Positions 18,408 through 28,700 of a stretch of DNA of 64,000 nucleotides are shown here, one piece after another. The notes below the pieces were generated by a model, which was not told the origin of the DNA, searched no databases, and saw only the letters and a list, made by a program, of their open reading frames with translations. The position numbers were made by a program, and so were the translations under genes. This stretch comes from Ignavibacteriota bacterium (GTDB lineage: Bacteria; Bacteroidota; Ignavibacteria; UBA10030; UBA6906), in contig CAWESL010000005.1 of the NCBI GenBank assembly GCA_963811705.1, forward strand, positions 175,278 to 239,277, given 5' to 3'. The stretch's first letter is position 1. Each line of letters opens with the position of its first letter.

Positions 18408-20849
18408 TCAGCGTGTCTCCAGAGAGACGCTGCCGGCAGTAAGACCCTCAGCTTCCGCCGTCAGGTGAATCGTTCCGACTTTCCCCTTTTCCGATCGGAT
18501 GATCACCTGGCACTGACCGTTAAAGAGATGGTACCGATCCGATCGAAACGAATCCATGCATGTCGCATCACCGTTCGCAACCGCGGCAAGCGCTCCCGGT
18601 CCGCTCAGGCGGAAACGCACCAGGTTCTCCGCCGATGGCACTTCCCGGCCTTTCTGGTCTATCCCAATGACCTTCACATAGCACAGATCCGTGCCGTCGG
18701 CGCGGATGACGGAGTCCTCAGGAATCACAGCAAGTGCTGAAACCGGGCCGGTGGTTTCTTTGACGTCGCGGGCCCATTCTTTTCCGTTTCGGTACGCGAC
18801 GGCCAGGAGAGTCCCCGGCTCGTACCTGACACTGTCCCAGCGAACACGATACTCAAACGGCCCCTTCTTCTTCCGTCCCAACGATGTGCCGTTCAGGAAG
18901 AGTTCCACCTCGTCGCCGGAGGTGTAAACGTGCACAGGCGTAATCTGCCCTTCGCGTCCAGGCCAGTTCCAGTGCGGGAGAATGTGCACCATGGGGAGGT
19001 CGGGGCGCCATCGGGATTGATATAAATAGAACCTGTCCTTCTTGAATCCGCAGAGATCGACAATGCCGAAGTACGAACTCCGGGAGGAGGATGTATCTTC
19101 TGAATATGGAGTCGGTTCCCCCAAATAGTCGAATCCCGTCCAGACAAACTCCCCTGCGACAAACGGATTCTGATCTTCCGCTTTGAATTCTACGTCCGGG
19201 ATCGTAGCCCACGGGGGTGCCGAGAGATCATAAGAATTGACCTGGCCATCAAACGCTCCCTTTGATTTGTCGTCGCTTACGGGGAAGAAATACTCGCCGT
19301 TTGAGCTAATGCAGGAGGCAGTTTCGCTCCCATACAGCGGCTTGGACGGATTCGTCTCTCTAAATTTGCCATAGAGGTGCGGCTTGTAGTTGTAACCGAA
19401 CACATCCACGGAATCCTGGAACCCGTCGAAACCGGCCTTTGGATTGTCACATGCTGCCGTCACGGGGCGTGTGGGATCCTCGCTCAGGAATATCCTCCGC
19501 AGTTCTCCGACCAGCTTTCCATTCTCCTGTTCACGGACCTCGTTGCCGCAACTCCACATCACGACGCTGGGGTGGTTTCGATCTCGACGAACGAGTGCCC
19601 GAATATCCTTCTCATGCCATGCACTAAATAATGTGCTGTAATCGTTTGGCACCTTTCCCTGAATCCAACAATCGAAGGATTCGTCGAGGACGAGCATCCC
19701 CATCCTATCACAAAGGTCGAGGAGTTCTGGTGCTGGAGGATTGTGAGAGGTTCGGATGGCGTTGCATCCCATCTCCTGGAGGATCCTGATCTGTCGGGCG
19801 AGAGCTGCAGGATTCACCGCCGCCCCGAGCGGGCCAAGGTCATGGTGGTCGCAAACGCCGTTGATCCTCTCTCGGCTTCCATTTAGAATGAACCCTTCCC
19901 GGGGGTCGAACACCGCACTGCGAATTCCAAACCGGTCGGAGGTCGAACCGACGGCCTTCCCATTCTGGACAATCGTTGTCCGGAGGACATAGAGATGTGG
20001 GGTCCTTGTGCTCCAGAGTTTTGGAGAAGTGACAGAGGCTTTGCCCATCACTCTTAAGGACTTACCTCCAGGAACAAGAATTGATTTCTCGGGGAGTGTT
20101 GCCACCGTCTTTCCTCCCTCTTCTTCCTGGATTGCCCTGCGGACGACGAGTTCAACGGGAGCAGTCGACTGATTTTGGATCTCCGATGAGACCTGAACTA
20201 ACGCTTTGGCCTGGGATACTTCCGGCGTGGAGACGAAGGTGCCCCAATGTGCCACATGAACCTTCCCCGTTGAAACCAGCCAGACATTGCGGTAAATTCC
20301 TCCGCCGGGGTACCAGCGAGAGAATCCTTCAGGGTTTTCCAGCCGAACCGCGATGACATTTTCGGCGTCAAACTTGAGATACGGAGTGAGTTCCAGTCGG
20401 AACGAGGCGTAGCCATAAGGCCATTCCCCGAGGTAGTGACCGTTCAGCCATACTTTCGCATGTGACATCGCCCCGTCGAAATCAATGAAGTAGAGAGCTC
20501 CCTTATTCGTTGGGGGGACGCGAAAGTGCTTTCGGTACCATCCAATTCCCTGCCAGGGTAGCTTCCCTGTATTGCTGGGGAGGTTCTTTCGAAAGCCCTC
20601 TTCGATCGCCCAATCGTGAGGGAGGTCCACTTTTCGCCAGCCGGCATCTTCAACTGCAGGGTTTTCAAGCCCCGCAGGCTCATTTCGAACAGATGCGTCC
20701 GGCATCACACCAAAGCGTGAGAAACGCCAACCGTCGTCAAATGACTCACGCGTTTCCAAACCGGCGGCTTTCAGCGATATTGACGATCTGGCGAAAACAG
20801 TAATCATACTTAGAAGTATGATAGACATGAGCCATAGTCGGTAAGTCAT
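18408..20849 (-). CDS. Glycoside hydrolase family 2 (beta-galactosidase/beta-glucuronidase-like), secreted
   Basis: 813 aa; signal peptide; GH2 sugar-binding and TIM-barrel motifs including WSCGNE catalytic region. Confidence 0.8.
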   Translation of the reverse strand: MTYRLWLMSIILLSMITVFARSSISLKAAGLETRESFDDGWRFSRFGVMPDASVRNEPAGLENPAVEDAGWRKVDLPHDWAIEEGFRKNLPSNTGKLPWQGIGWYRKHFRVPPTNKGALYFIDFDGAMSHAKVWLNGHYLGEWPYGYASFRLELTPYLKFDAENVIAVRLENPEGFSRWYPGGGIYRNVWLVSTGKVHVAHWGTFVSTPEVSQAKALVQVSSEIQNQSTAPVELVVRRAIQEEEGGKTVATLPEKSILVPGGKSLRVMGKASVTSPKLWSTRTPHLYVLRTTIVQNGKAVGSTSDRFGIRSAVFDPREGFILNGSRERINGVCDHHDLGPLGAAVNPAALARQIRILQEMGCNAIRTSHNPPAPELLDLCDRMGMLVLDESFDCWIQGKVPNDYSTLFSAWHEKDIRALVRRDRNHPSVVMWSCGNEVREQENGKLVGELRRIFLSEDPTRPVTAACDNPKAGFDGFQDSVDVFGYNYKPHLYGKFRETNPSKPLYGSETASCISSNGEYFFPVSDDKSKGAFDGQVNSYDLSAPPWATIPDVEFKAEDQNPFVAGEFVWTGFDYLGEPTPYSEDTSSSRSSYFGIVDLCGFKKDRFYLYQSRWRPDLPMVHILPHWNWPGREGQITPVHVYTSGDEVELFLNGTSLGRKKKGPFEYRVRWDSVRYEPGTLLAVAYRNGKEWARDVKETTGPVSALAVIPEDSVIRADGTDLCYVKVIGIDQKGREVPSAENLVRFRLSGPGALAAVANGDATCMDSFRSDRYHLFNGQCQVIIRSEKGKVGTIHLTAEAEGLTAGSVSLETR

Positions 20850-20924
20850 TGTTTATCATCCTCATTAGTAGACAGTTTTGAGTGATTTCTACGTCTCTCG
20901 TGGCCATACGGGAATGGCGGATTC

Positions 20925-21998
20925 TCAAACTTGTTTGGGAACCGAAGACGGATGCAGGGGGAGATCCCGTAAGATCACCGCACTATATTCGGGGCTGATA
21001 TCCCGCTGGGGCTCAGCCAGCATCTCGTATCCGACCATGTATTTTTTAATAGAAGAGGATCGGAGGAGAGGAGGATAGAAATGCATATGAAAATGCCACT
21101 CGGAGTGTTTCTTGCCGTCGGTGGGAGCCTGGTGCAGTCCTGAAGAGTACGGAAAGGGAACCTTGAAGAGACCGTCGTACTTTGCGGTAATTGCCAGGAT
21201 CGCATCGGCATAATCCTGCTTCTCGTTCCCTGCAAGTTCCAGAATGGAAGAACGCCTTCGTTTTGGGGCAATCATTGTCTCGTACGGCCAAACTGCCCAG
21301 AACGGAACAAGAACAACGAATGCGTCATTCTCGTAGACCACCCGTTCGCCGAGCCGACGCTCAAGCTCGAGATATTCCACCAAGAGGTTCCGTTGCGTCT
21401 TCGCACGGTATCTCTTGAACTCTCTCCCCTCCTTGAGAGGCTCCATCGGGATGCTTTCCTGCGCCCAAATCTGGCAATGAGGATGCGGGTTGCTGTTGCC
21501 CATGGCCGCACCCTTGTTCTCGAAGATCTGGACTGACGAGATGTGCGGATCGGATCCGAGAGTCCTGAACTCATCCTGCCAGACGGAGATGACGTCGACG
21601 ACTTCCTTTTGGCTCAGATCGGCCAGCGTGAGATCGTGGCGCGGTGAGAAATTCACAACGCGGCAAATGCCCCTTTCGGCCTTTGCCTGCAAGAGGGTCG
21701 ACGCCTTCGAATTCTGCGAAGGCGTGTCCGGCAATAATGCAGGGAAATCGTTTGTGAAGACGAACGTTCCGGTATAGGCGGGATTGCGAATGCCCCCGGC
21801 GCGCAAGTTTCCCGGACAAAGATAGCAGCCCGGATCATAGGGCGGTCGGACCGGATTTTGTGGTGCGCCGACCTCACCACGCCAGGGCCGGGATGTTCGC
21901 TGGGGGGAAACGAGAATCCACTCGCCGGTGAGGATATTTCTTCTGCGATGAGGATGGCCGTACAGTTCAGATTTTTGCATCTTCCCCGACATTGACAA
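20925..21998 (-). CDS. galT: Galactose-1-phosphate uridylyltransferase
   Basis: Colinear with E. coli GalT from memory (HPHRRRN…, FENKGAAMG(N/C)SNPHPHCQIW HPH motif, FHMHFYPPLLRS). Confidence 0.9.
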   Translation of the reverse strand: MSMSGKMQKSELYGHPHRRRNILTGEWILVSPQRTSRPWRGEVGAPQNPVRPPYDPGCYLCPGNLRAGGIRNPAYTGTFVFTNDFPALLPDTPSQNSKASTLLQAKAERGICRVVNFSPRHDLTLADLSQKEVVDVISVWQDEFRTLGSDPHISSVQIFENKGAAMGNSNPHPHCQIWAQESIPMEPLKEGREFKRYRAKTQRNLLVEYLELERRLGERVVYENDAFVVLVPFWAVWPYETMIAPKRRRSSILELAGNEKQDYADAILAITAKYDGLFKVPFPYSSGLHQAPTDGKKHSEWHFHMHFYPPLLRSSSIKKYMVGYEMLAEPQRDISPEYSAVILRDLPLHPSSVPKQV

Positions 21999-23142
21999 CT
22001 CCGGTTCCGGATCGGATGGATGTCACGTACGCATTCGGCTTGATTCCGAACCGTCGATAGTACGCATCGACAACTTTCCTGGTGACATCATCGACGGCGT
22101 CATGCTCGATGAGGTTGATGGTGCATCCTCCGAATCCGCCCCCCATCATTCGCGCCCCGTACACCTGGGGGATGCTTTCGGTGGCGTCGACCAGGAAATC
22201 AAGTTCCCTGCAACTCACCCCATATTCATCGCGGAGCCCGGCATGGGTCAGATACATCAGCACGCCAAAGCCATTAATATCTCTTCGCGTCAGCGCATCA
22301 CACGCCTGAAGCATTCTGCTGTTCTCTTCAACGACGTATTGACATCGTTTGTAGACGGTCGGGTCGAGCGACGAGCGCGACTCCTCGAGCATTTCCGGGA
22401 ACACATCGCGCAGACTCCTGACGCCCGGGAAATTCCGTTGAATGCCCGCCACGCCCATCGTGCATTCGACCCGTCGCCGGTTATATTCGGATGAGGCAAG
22501 CGAGTGGGAGACCCGGGAATCGAACAGGACGATGGCCAGGTTATCATAGTCAAACGGGTACGACGTATGTTCAAGGGACCGGCAGTCGATGCGCAGGACC
22601 TTTCCCCGTTGTCCGAAAATATTGATATACTGGTCCATGATTCCGCACTGGACTCCGACGAATTCGTTTTCCGCCTTCTGGGCGAGCTTCACCAGGGTCA
22701 AATTGTCGATGCCCAGGTCGAACAACGTATTCATGCCAAAGGCGAAGCCGGCCTCAATCGCGGCAGACGACGACATGCCGGCCCCGATCGGGATGTCTCC
22801 GCCATAGACACAACGGAAGCCTCGCAGGGGATATCCGGCGTTCATCAACTGATCCACCACGCCAACGACATAGTTCGGCCACGACTTCGTGGAGCGCGTC
22901 ACCGAAGAAAGCGTGAAACGATGATCGTCGTTCATGTCCAGGGCGACGATGCGGCATTCCTCATCCGGTGCCGGGCCGAGGGCGAAATACATCGCCCTGC
23001 TGACGGCCGCCGGAAGGACAAACCCTTCATTGTAGTCCGTGTGTTCTCCGAGAAGATTCACTCTCCCGGGAGAACGAACGACGAGCGGTTTATCGCCGAA
23101 CAATTCGACATAGGATTTCTCTACCACCTGAGCGTATTTCAT
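21967..23142 (-). CDS. galK: Galactokinase
   Basis: GHMP kinase motifs (PGRVNLLGEHTDYNEG, GAGMSSSAA); start set at MKYAQVV (23142); overlaps galT by 32 nt. Confidence 0.9.
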   Translation of the reverse strand: MKYAQVVEKSYVELFGDKPLVVRSPGRVNLLGEHTDYNEGFVLPAAVSRAMYFALGPAPDEECRIVALDMNDDHRFTLSSVTRSTKSWPNYVVGVVDQLMNAGYPLRGFRCVYGGDIPIGAGMSSSAAIEAGFAFGMNTLFDLGIDNLTLVKLAQKAENEFVGVQCGIMDQYINIFGQRGKVLRIDCRSLEHTSYPFDYDNLAIVLFDSRVSHSLASSEYNRRRVECTMGVAGIQRNFPGVRSLRDVFPEMLEESRSSLDPTVYKRCQYVVEENSRMLQACDALTRRDINGFGVLMYLTHAGLRDEYGVSCRELDFLVDATESIPQVYGARMMGGGFGGCTINLIEHDAVDDVTRKVVDAYYRRFGIKPNAYVTSIRSGTGVVNVGEDAKI

Positions 23143-23288
23143 TTTCTTCTCGCAACACAATGGGCTGGGCCTCCCCCCCCGCAACGACTACCGGGAGGAT
23201 CGACCCGTGAATTCCGGGACGTGCAGTTCGCGCCTCGTCGGATCGACCGGGTCTCCGCGTTCGGGGGGCGCCACGAGAAAGGGACTCA

Positions 23289-24290
23289 TCAGGTTGACCC
23301 GCGGACGATCAATTTTGCTTCAAGCACGTAGGTCGTTGGTTCCTTCAATCGACCTTCGATTGTGTCGATAAGGACCGCCGCTGCCTTCCGCCCCATGTCG
23401 AAGGATGGCTGATCGACCGTTGTCAATTGCGGGTCGACGAGGCTCGTAATCTTGTTGTTCGAAAATCCGATAAGCGCGATATCACGCGGAATTCTGAGCC
23501 CGGCTTCCTTGATGCGCTGAAACGCTCCAATGGCCACAGGGTCGTTCACTGCAAAGATCGCATCAGGAATGTTCTTTTCCTCAAGCAGCGCGCTCATCGA
23601 CGCATAACCGTCCTGCTCGTGCATCCCGCCGAATCGGACGTGATGTTCGCTGACGGGAATGCCGGCCTCGGCCAGCGCGGCGACATAGCCCTCCCACCGG
23701 AGCCTGCAAATTCCGAGCTCACGCGGGCCTCCGAAGTGCGCAATCCGTTTATAGCCCTTGGATACAAGATAGCGGACCGCGTTGTGCGCGGTCGTCAGGT
23801 CGTCGATAACGACCTTCGACGCGACGATGTCGTTGCAGGCCCTGTCAAAGAAGACCAGCGGGACTTTCCGCTTCAGCACCTCACGAAAATGTTCGCTCCC
23901 GCCCGTATCCTGAGCGATGGAAACCACCACCCCGGCCACGCGATGATTGAGCAGCAAATGCGTGTTGATGCTCTCGCGTTCAGAGCTCTCGTTCGACTGG
24001 CAGACGAGGATCGTATACCCCGCTTTGTAGGCCACGTCCTCCACGCCACTAATAGCCGAGGAAAAAAAATCGTGCTTGATTTCGGGGACGATCACGCCGA
24101 GCGTCGTTGTCCGGCTGTTCCGGAGGCTGCGCGCGATCGGATTCGGCGAGTAGTTCGCCTCCGCGGCAATCTTCCGGATCAGCGTCCGGGTATCCTGCTT
24201 GACATCGGGATGATCACTGAGCGCACGGGAGACCGTAGAAGGAGATATGCCAAGTTTGGTGGCGATGTCGACGATGGTGGTTTGTTTCAT
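23289..24290 (-). CDS. LacI family transcriptional regulator
   Basis: N-terminal HTH MKQTTIVDIATKLGISPSTVSRAL plus periplasmic-binding-fold domain. Confidence 0.9.
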   Translation of the reverse strand: MKQTTIVDIATKLGISPSTVSRALSDHPDVKQDTRTLIRKIAAEANYSPNPIARSLRNSRTTTLGVIVPEIKHDFFSSAISGVEDVAYKAGYTILVCQSNESSERESINTHLLLNHRVAGVVVSIAQDTGGSEHFREVLKRKVPLVFFDRACNDIVASKVVIDDLTTAHNAVRYLVSKGYKRIAHFGGPRELGICRLRWEGYVAALAEAGIPVSEHHVRFGGMHEQDGYASMSALLEEKNIPDAIFAVNDPVAIGAFQRIKEAGLRIPRDIALIGFSNNKITSLVDPQLTTVDQPSFDMGRKAAAVLIDTIEGRLKEPTTYVLEAKLIVRGST

Positions 24291-24308
24291 CGGAGAGAAA
24301 GTTGTACC

Positions 24309-24320
24309 GCAAACGTTTGC
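24309..24320. promoter_or_regulatory. LacI-type palindromic operator GCAAACGTTTGC
   Basis: Perfect 12-bp palindrome matching LacI-family core AAnCGnTT, 19-30 nt upstream of the LacI start. Confidence 0.5.
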
Positions 24321-24418
24321 AATATATCAAATTTATACGGTTTTCTCAAGTCATCGGAAGAAACACTCCCCCACGACTGAAATCTCCTGCGATTGAACCG
24401 CAAACGGTTCGCGATACG

Positions 24419-25741
24419 TCATCTCAGTAGGACAAGTTTCTCGGTCTTGACGTATGCATCCGACTTCATCCTGCAGTAGTAGACGCCACTTGCGGCGGCT
24501 TTTGGCGACCACTGCACGATGTGGTGACCAGCAGAGGCAAACCCATCGACGAGCTGGGCGACCACCTCTCCAAGAGCGTCATAGACCGTGATCGCCACAG
24601 GTCCGGCTGCGCGAAGGTCATATTCAATCGTCGTGCTCGGATTGAACGGGTTGGGATAGACATTCAAATCGTACCGGTGAGGCGTCTCTTCGTTGCCGAC
24701 CGACGTCGCGTTGATCCCGAGGAATGCGTCCAGCGCGGCCGTGGGTTGTTTCGTCGACGGATTCCAGGCACCGAGGTTATACCCCATCCAGGAATAACTT
24801 TCGGGCTCCCAGTAAAAAACGCCCAGGCCGCCCACCGACTTCGTCTTCGCGATCAGATCGAGGAGATAATGGTTCGCGTTGATCGGATCGTTGTACAGGT
24901 ATCCCGCTTCTGCGACCATGACTTTCGTCTGATACCGGCTGATCATGTCGTTCATCGTGATCAGTGCCAGGCTGTCATCGGTAGCCCAGGGCAGGTTTGC
25001 CCAGTACGGGTATACCGACATTCCGATGATATCCCATTTGGCTCCGTTGTTCCTGAGTCCATCGAAGATCCTCCGGTACATGGCATCGTTGTGCCCGTCG
25101 GAAAGATGCACAATCACCTGGATGGAACTATCGACGGCCTTTGCGGCATTGTACCCCGCGTTGATGATCGCAGCGAAGTTCGCAATATGTGTCGACGCTC
25201 TCCCATCCTCCCAAAGCGTCCCGTCATTAGTCTCATTGCCGATCTGTACCCAAGCCGGAATGACACCGAGAGATTTCAACGTATCCAACACTCCGAAAAC
25301 ATGGTCATACACATCTTGCAGCAATTTGGAAAGTGAATCGCCCGCCCAGGCGGCAGGTTTCGTCTGGTGGCCGGGGTCCGCCCACGTATCGCTCAAATGA
25401 AAATCCAGCATTACCCGGAAGCCTGCGCTATCTGCGCGGTGGGCCATATACGCGACATCCGTCTTGCCGCAGTATTTACCCGTCGGATTGACCCATACCC
25501 GAAACCGCAGGGAATTGATCCCCTTGCTTTTCAGAATATCCAGGCAATTCCTCTGAACCCCCGCATTGTCTCGAAACACCACCCCCTGGGCTTCCATTTG
25601 CGAAAGCCAGCCGATATCGGCCCCGTTGGCAAACTGTGCCGTCGCCGTGTGAAAGGCGCCAACGAGCAGCGCGAGGATGACGAGCATAGGACCGGAATGG
25701 TTCAGGTGTGAAACACCAGAATTCCTCATGAATTCTCCCAT
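24419..25741 (-). CDS. GH53 arabinogalactan endo-beta-1,4-galactanase with T9SS C-terminal sorting domain
   Basis: GH53 catalytic motifs VQIGNE and FYWEP; C-terminus NVYPNPFNPSTTIEYDL…GVYYCRMK is a Por/T9SS CTD. Confidence 0.85.
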   Translation of the reverse strand: MGEFMRNSGVSHLNHSGPMLVILALLVGAFHTATAQFANGADIGWLSQMEAQGVVFRDNAGVQRNCLDILKSKGINSLRFRVWVNPTGKYCGKTDVAYMAHRADSAGFRVMLDFHLSDTWADPGHQTKPAAWAGDSLSKLLQDVYDHVFGVLDTLKSLGVIPAWVQIGNETNDGTLWEDGRASTHIANFAAIINAGYNAAKAVDSSIQVIVHLSDGHNDAMYRRIFDGLRNNGAKWDIIGMSVYPYWANLPWATDDSLALITMNDMISRYQTKVMVAEAGYLYNDPINANHYLLDLIAKTKSVGGLGVFYWEPESYSWMGYNLGAWNPSTKQPTAALDAFLGINATSVGNEETPHRYDLNVYPNPFNPSTTIEYDLRAAGPVAITVYDALGEVVAQLVDGFASAGHHIVQWSPKAAASGVYYCRMKSDAYVKTEKLVLLR

Positions 25742-25762
25742 GGAAATGGTCGCGACGTTGAC

Positions 25763-28700
25763 TTACGGAGCGATCGCTGACGGGACATGACTCTCGGGGC
25801 GCCGCGCAAGCGACTCCAGGGAATCCAGGACGAAAACTGTCGGACCCGGACTGCCGTCATCATTCCACACTCCGCGCTCGGGTGCCCAATACAGGACACC
25901 AATGCCGTTCGGTGAATGTTCCACCGTCTGCAAGAGATCAGCGATGAACTGAAGTCGACCTTGAGCAGTGACCGGCCACAACATGTCCTCATTGTTCTCC
26001 ACCCGGGAACTGTCGTACCCCGTCTCAGCGACAAGGAATTCCTTGTTATATCGGTTTGCACACTCGATCATGTTCGACCGCAGTCCTTCGAGGGTGCCGT
26101 GATGCCATTCGGGATAGAAGCTCTCGGCAATGATATCATAGTCAACGCCGGCGGCTTCCAGGTGGTCGAAGAACCATTTCGTGACCGGCCAGTTGCCTCC
26201 CTGGTCGATATGAATCACGATACGGGGAGGCGTGTCTCCGGCCGCGTCCTTCACCCCTCGAGTCGCCGCCTTGATGATCCTCGTGAGGTGGTCCCATTGT
26301 CGTGCTTCATCGTACGGTTCCGGAGGATTGTAGCGGTTTGATCCGGGAATCTGTACCTGCGCCATCGGCCAGAGCGTCCCTCGCGTGATTTCATTTCCGA
26401 TCTGCACCCAATCCGGCATTGCGCCCGCCTGCTTCAGCCGAGTGATGACATCTCGCGCATAGGTTTCGACACGCTTCTCGAGCGCATCAAATCTCAACCC
26501 TCTCCAGGCGAGGGGAATATCCTGGTGCTGAGGATCTGCCCAGGTATCGGAAAAATGGAAGTCGAGACTCAACAACGCACCTGACGTCTTAATCCGCCTC
26601 GCAAGAGCGATAGTGTTCTCCAGCGAGTTGTCCGGAGCATCCCTGACCGGTGATACGAACACGCGCAGGCGGAACGCCTTCCATCCGTGATTCGACAGGA
26701 TCGTGAGTTCATCGCTGGGCTTCCCGTTCTCCTGGTACGTCGGCATGAGCGCGTATCTTCCGCGACCGGCTGCCGCAAGGAATGAAATGTCCGCCCCCAG
26801 TAAGACGTTTGGCGGATGCGTCGGTCCCTTCTTTCCCACGGTGAGAATCACTTCATACTCCGGGGAAAGGGTGAGCGACTTCACGCTGGCGATTTGCGTT
26901 GCGCCGTTAAAAGCGGGCCACATCGCCCCGGGGATATACACGGGAGCGTCTTTCCGCAAGGGCAGAATGCTCAATGCGAGCCCTTTCGCCAACGCTTCAG
27001 CTCCAAGTTGTTTCAGCCCGACTTCCCAAGTCCTTCCATTATAGAAATTGTCGCAAAGCAGGCGGTTGTTGTCGGACAACCGGGCGATGTCTCCGGCATA
27101 GGTGATGTTGAGGAACATATCGCTGAGGCCCGCCGGAATGGTTTTGGGCAATATCACATTCCACACACCGGCCCGTGTGAGCGTGGAATCATCGGGAGCG
27201 GTTGCGACGGCACAATTGCGCCAGGTGATGAACTTGCCCATCTTCACCGGTGGCACCGGGCGCGGATCGCGGATCTTCTTCAGACCGACAGGGATCGTCG
27301 TTGGCTCAACGGACGCAACGTAATGGTTGAACATTCCGTCGAAGTCTGTCATGCGCAACGGAACGTCTGCTGCGACCGGCCCGTGTACCCTGGGATACAT
27401 GGAGATCTCGAACGATCGCGTATCGCGAGAGCGGAGGTGAATCCTGTCACCCGCGGCAAACACGTCCGCGGGGGTGAGGAGCACGTGTTCCCTCCCATTG
27501 AGTCTCAGTTTCCAGGTATTCTCTGCTTCTTTTTCGGACAGCAGCACGATGAGGACACTGCGGCCGCTGTTGGTCTTTATCGTGATCGCCCCGGCAGTTG
27601 ATGGCAAGACCCCACGGATGGCGATGCGGCGCTTATCGCGAGCAACAGTGCCGCTCGTTGATCTCAGCGTGTCAATTGTCGTTGCGTCGAACACGAACTC
27701 TGATCTGCGCCCGGGAGAGGCCACGAAAAAATAGCATGATCGACGCCCATCCCATATTCGTGTCAACGGTTGGGCGGTGGCATACTTCAGAATGGCACCT
27801 TCCATCTCAAAGTTAACGGGCCAGAAGAACGATGATTGCGATGGGATGGAGACCGGCGCACCGGGAATGTCGATTGTTTCCGACGGAAGTTTGAGTCGAA
27901 CCTGTATGTCGTGTTGATCAGCCAGCGGATAGTGGCGAAGATAATTGTTGAAGAAAAGGTATCCACGATCGCCCCGTGTTCGCGCTGAAACACGCAATGT
28001 CGTGGTATCGCGCGGGCCGGACGGGATGATGTCGGGGAGGATGGCCGTCATCGTCGCCAGGTCCGATCCGAATTCCTCGATGAACAGATGAAGTGCTTTC
28101 AGTTCCCGGAACGAGCGGTTCATCCGCCCGAACTCGTCCAACGGGGCCTGGAAATCGTACGACTTCACTGGTACATCATTCGGATAGCCCGTCGCTTGTG
28201 ATTCCTGAAGCGTCGTGAATTTCCCGTCGGGATTTGTTCCTCCATGGAACATGTAATAGCCCAACAGATTCACGCCTGATCCGAGCGTACTGAGCGCCAT
28301 CGCAGCGATGTCGCCCGACGAAACAACAACCCTCCGGTGATAGGTGTCCTCCATGCCCCCTCCCAGCTCCGCTGTGAATCGTGGGTAACGGGTATGGCCC
28401 ACCACTTCGGCCGGGGGAATCGCCCCCTGCATGATTCCCGCGGTTCCGACCGGTGTCCCGATGTGAAATTGGAACACGCCCTGCGGATCGGGCTGAAGCT
28501 CATGGATGCTGCCGGACCACGGTTCATCGGGGTATCCGCCGTAAACGGGAACAAAGGCATGAGGCGGGATCACGGCATTGTCCCAGCCGGTGATCGTATA
28601 CAGCGGCACATCAAGTCCGGCGTCCATCGCGATGCTTTTCAGTTTCAACAGGTACGCCTCGCCTGCATTGGCCGAACGGTCGCCGTACTCATTTTCGATC

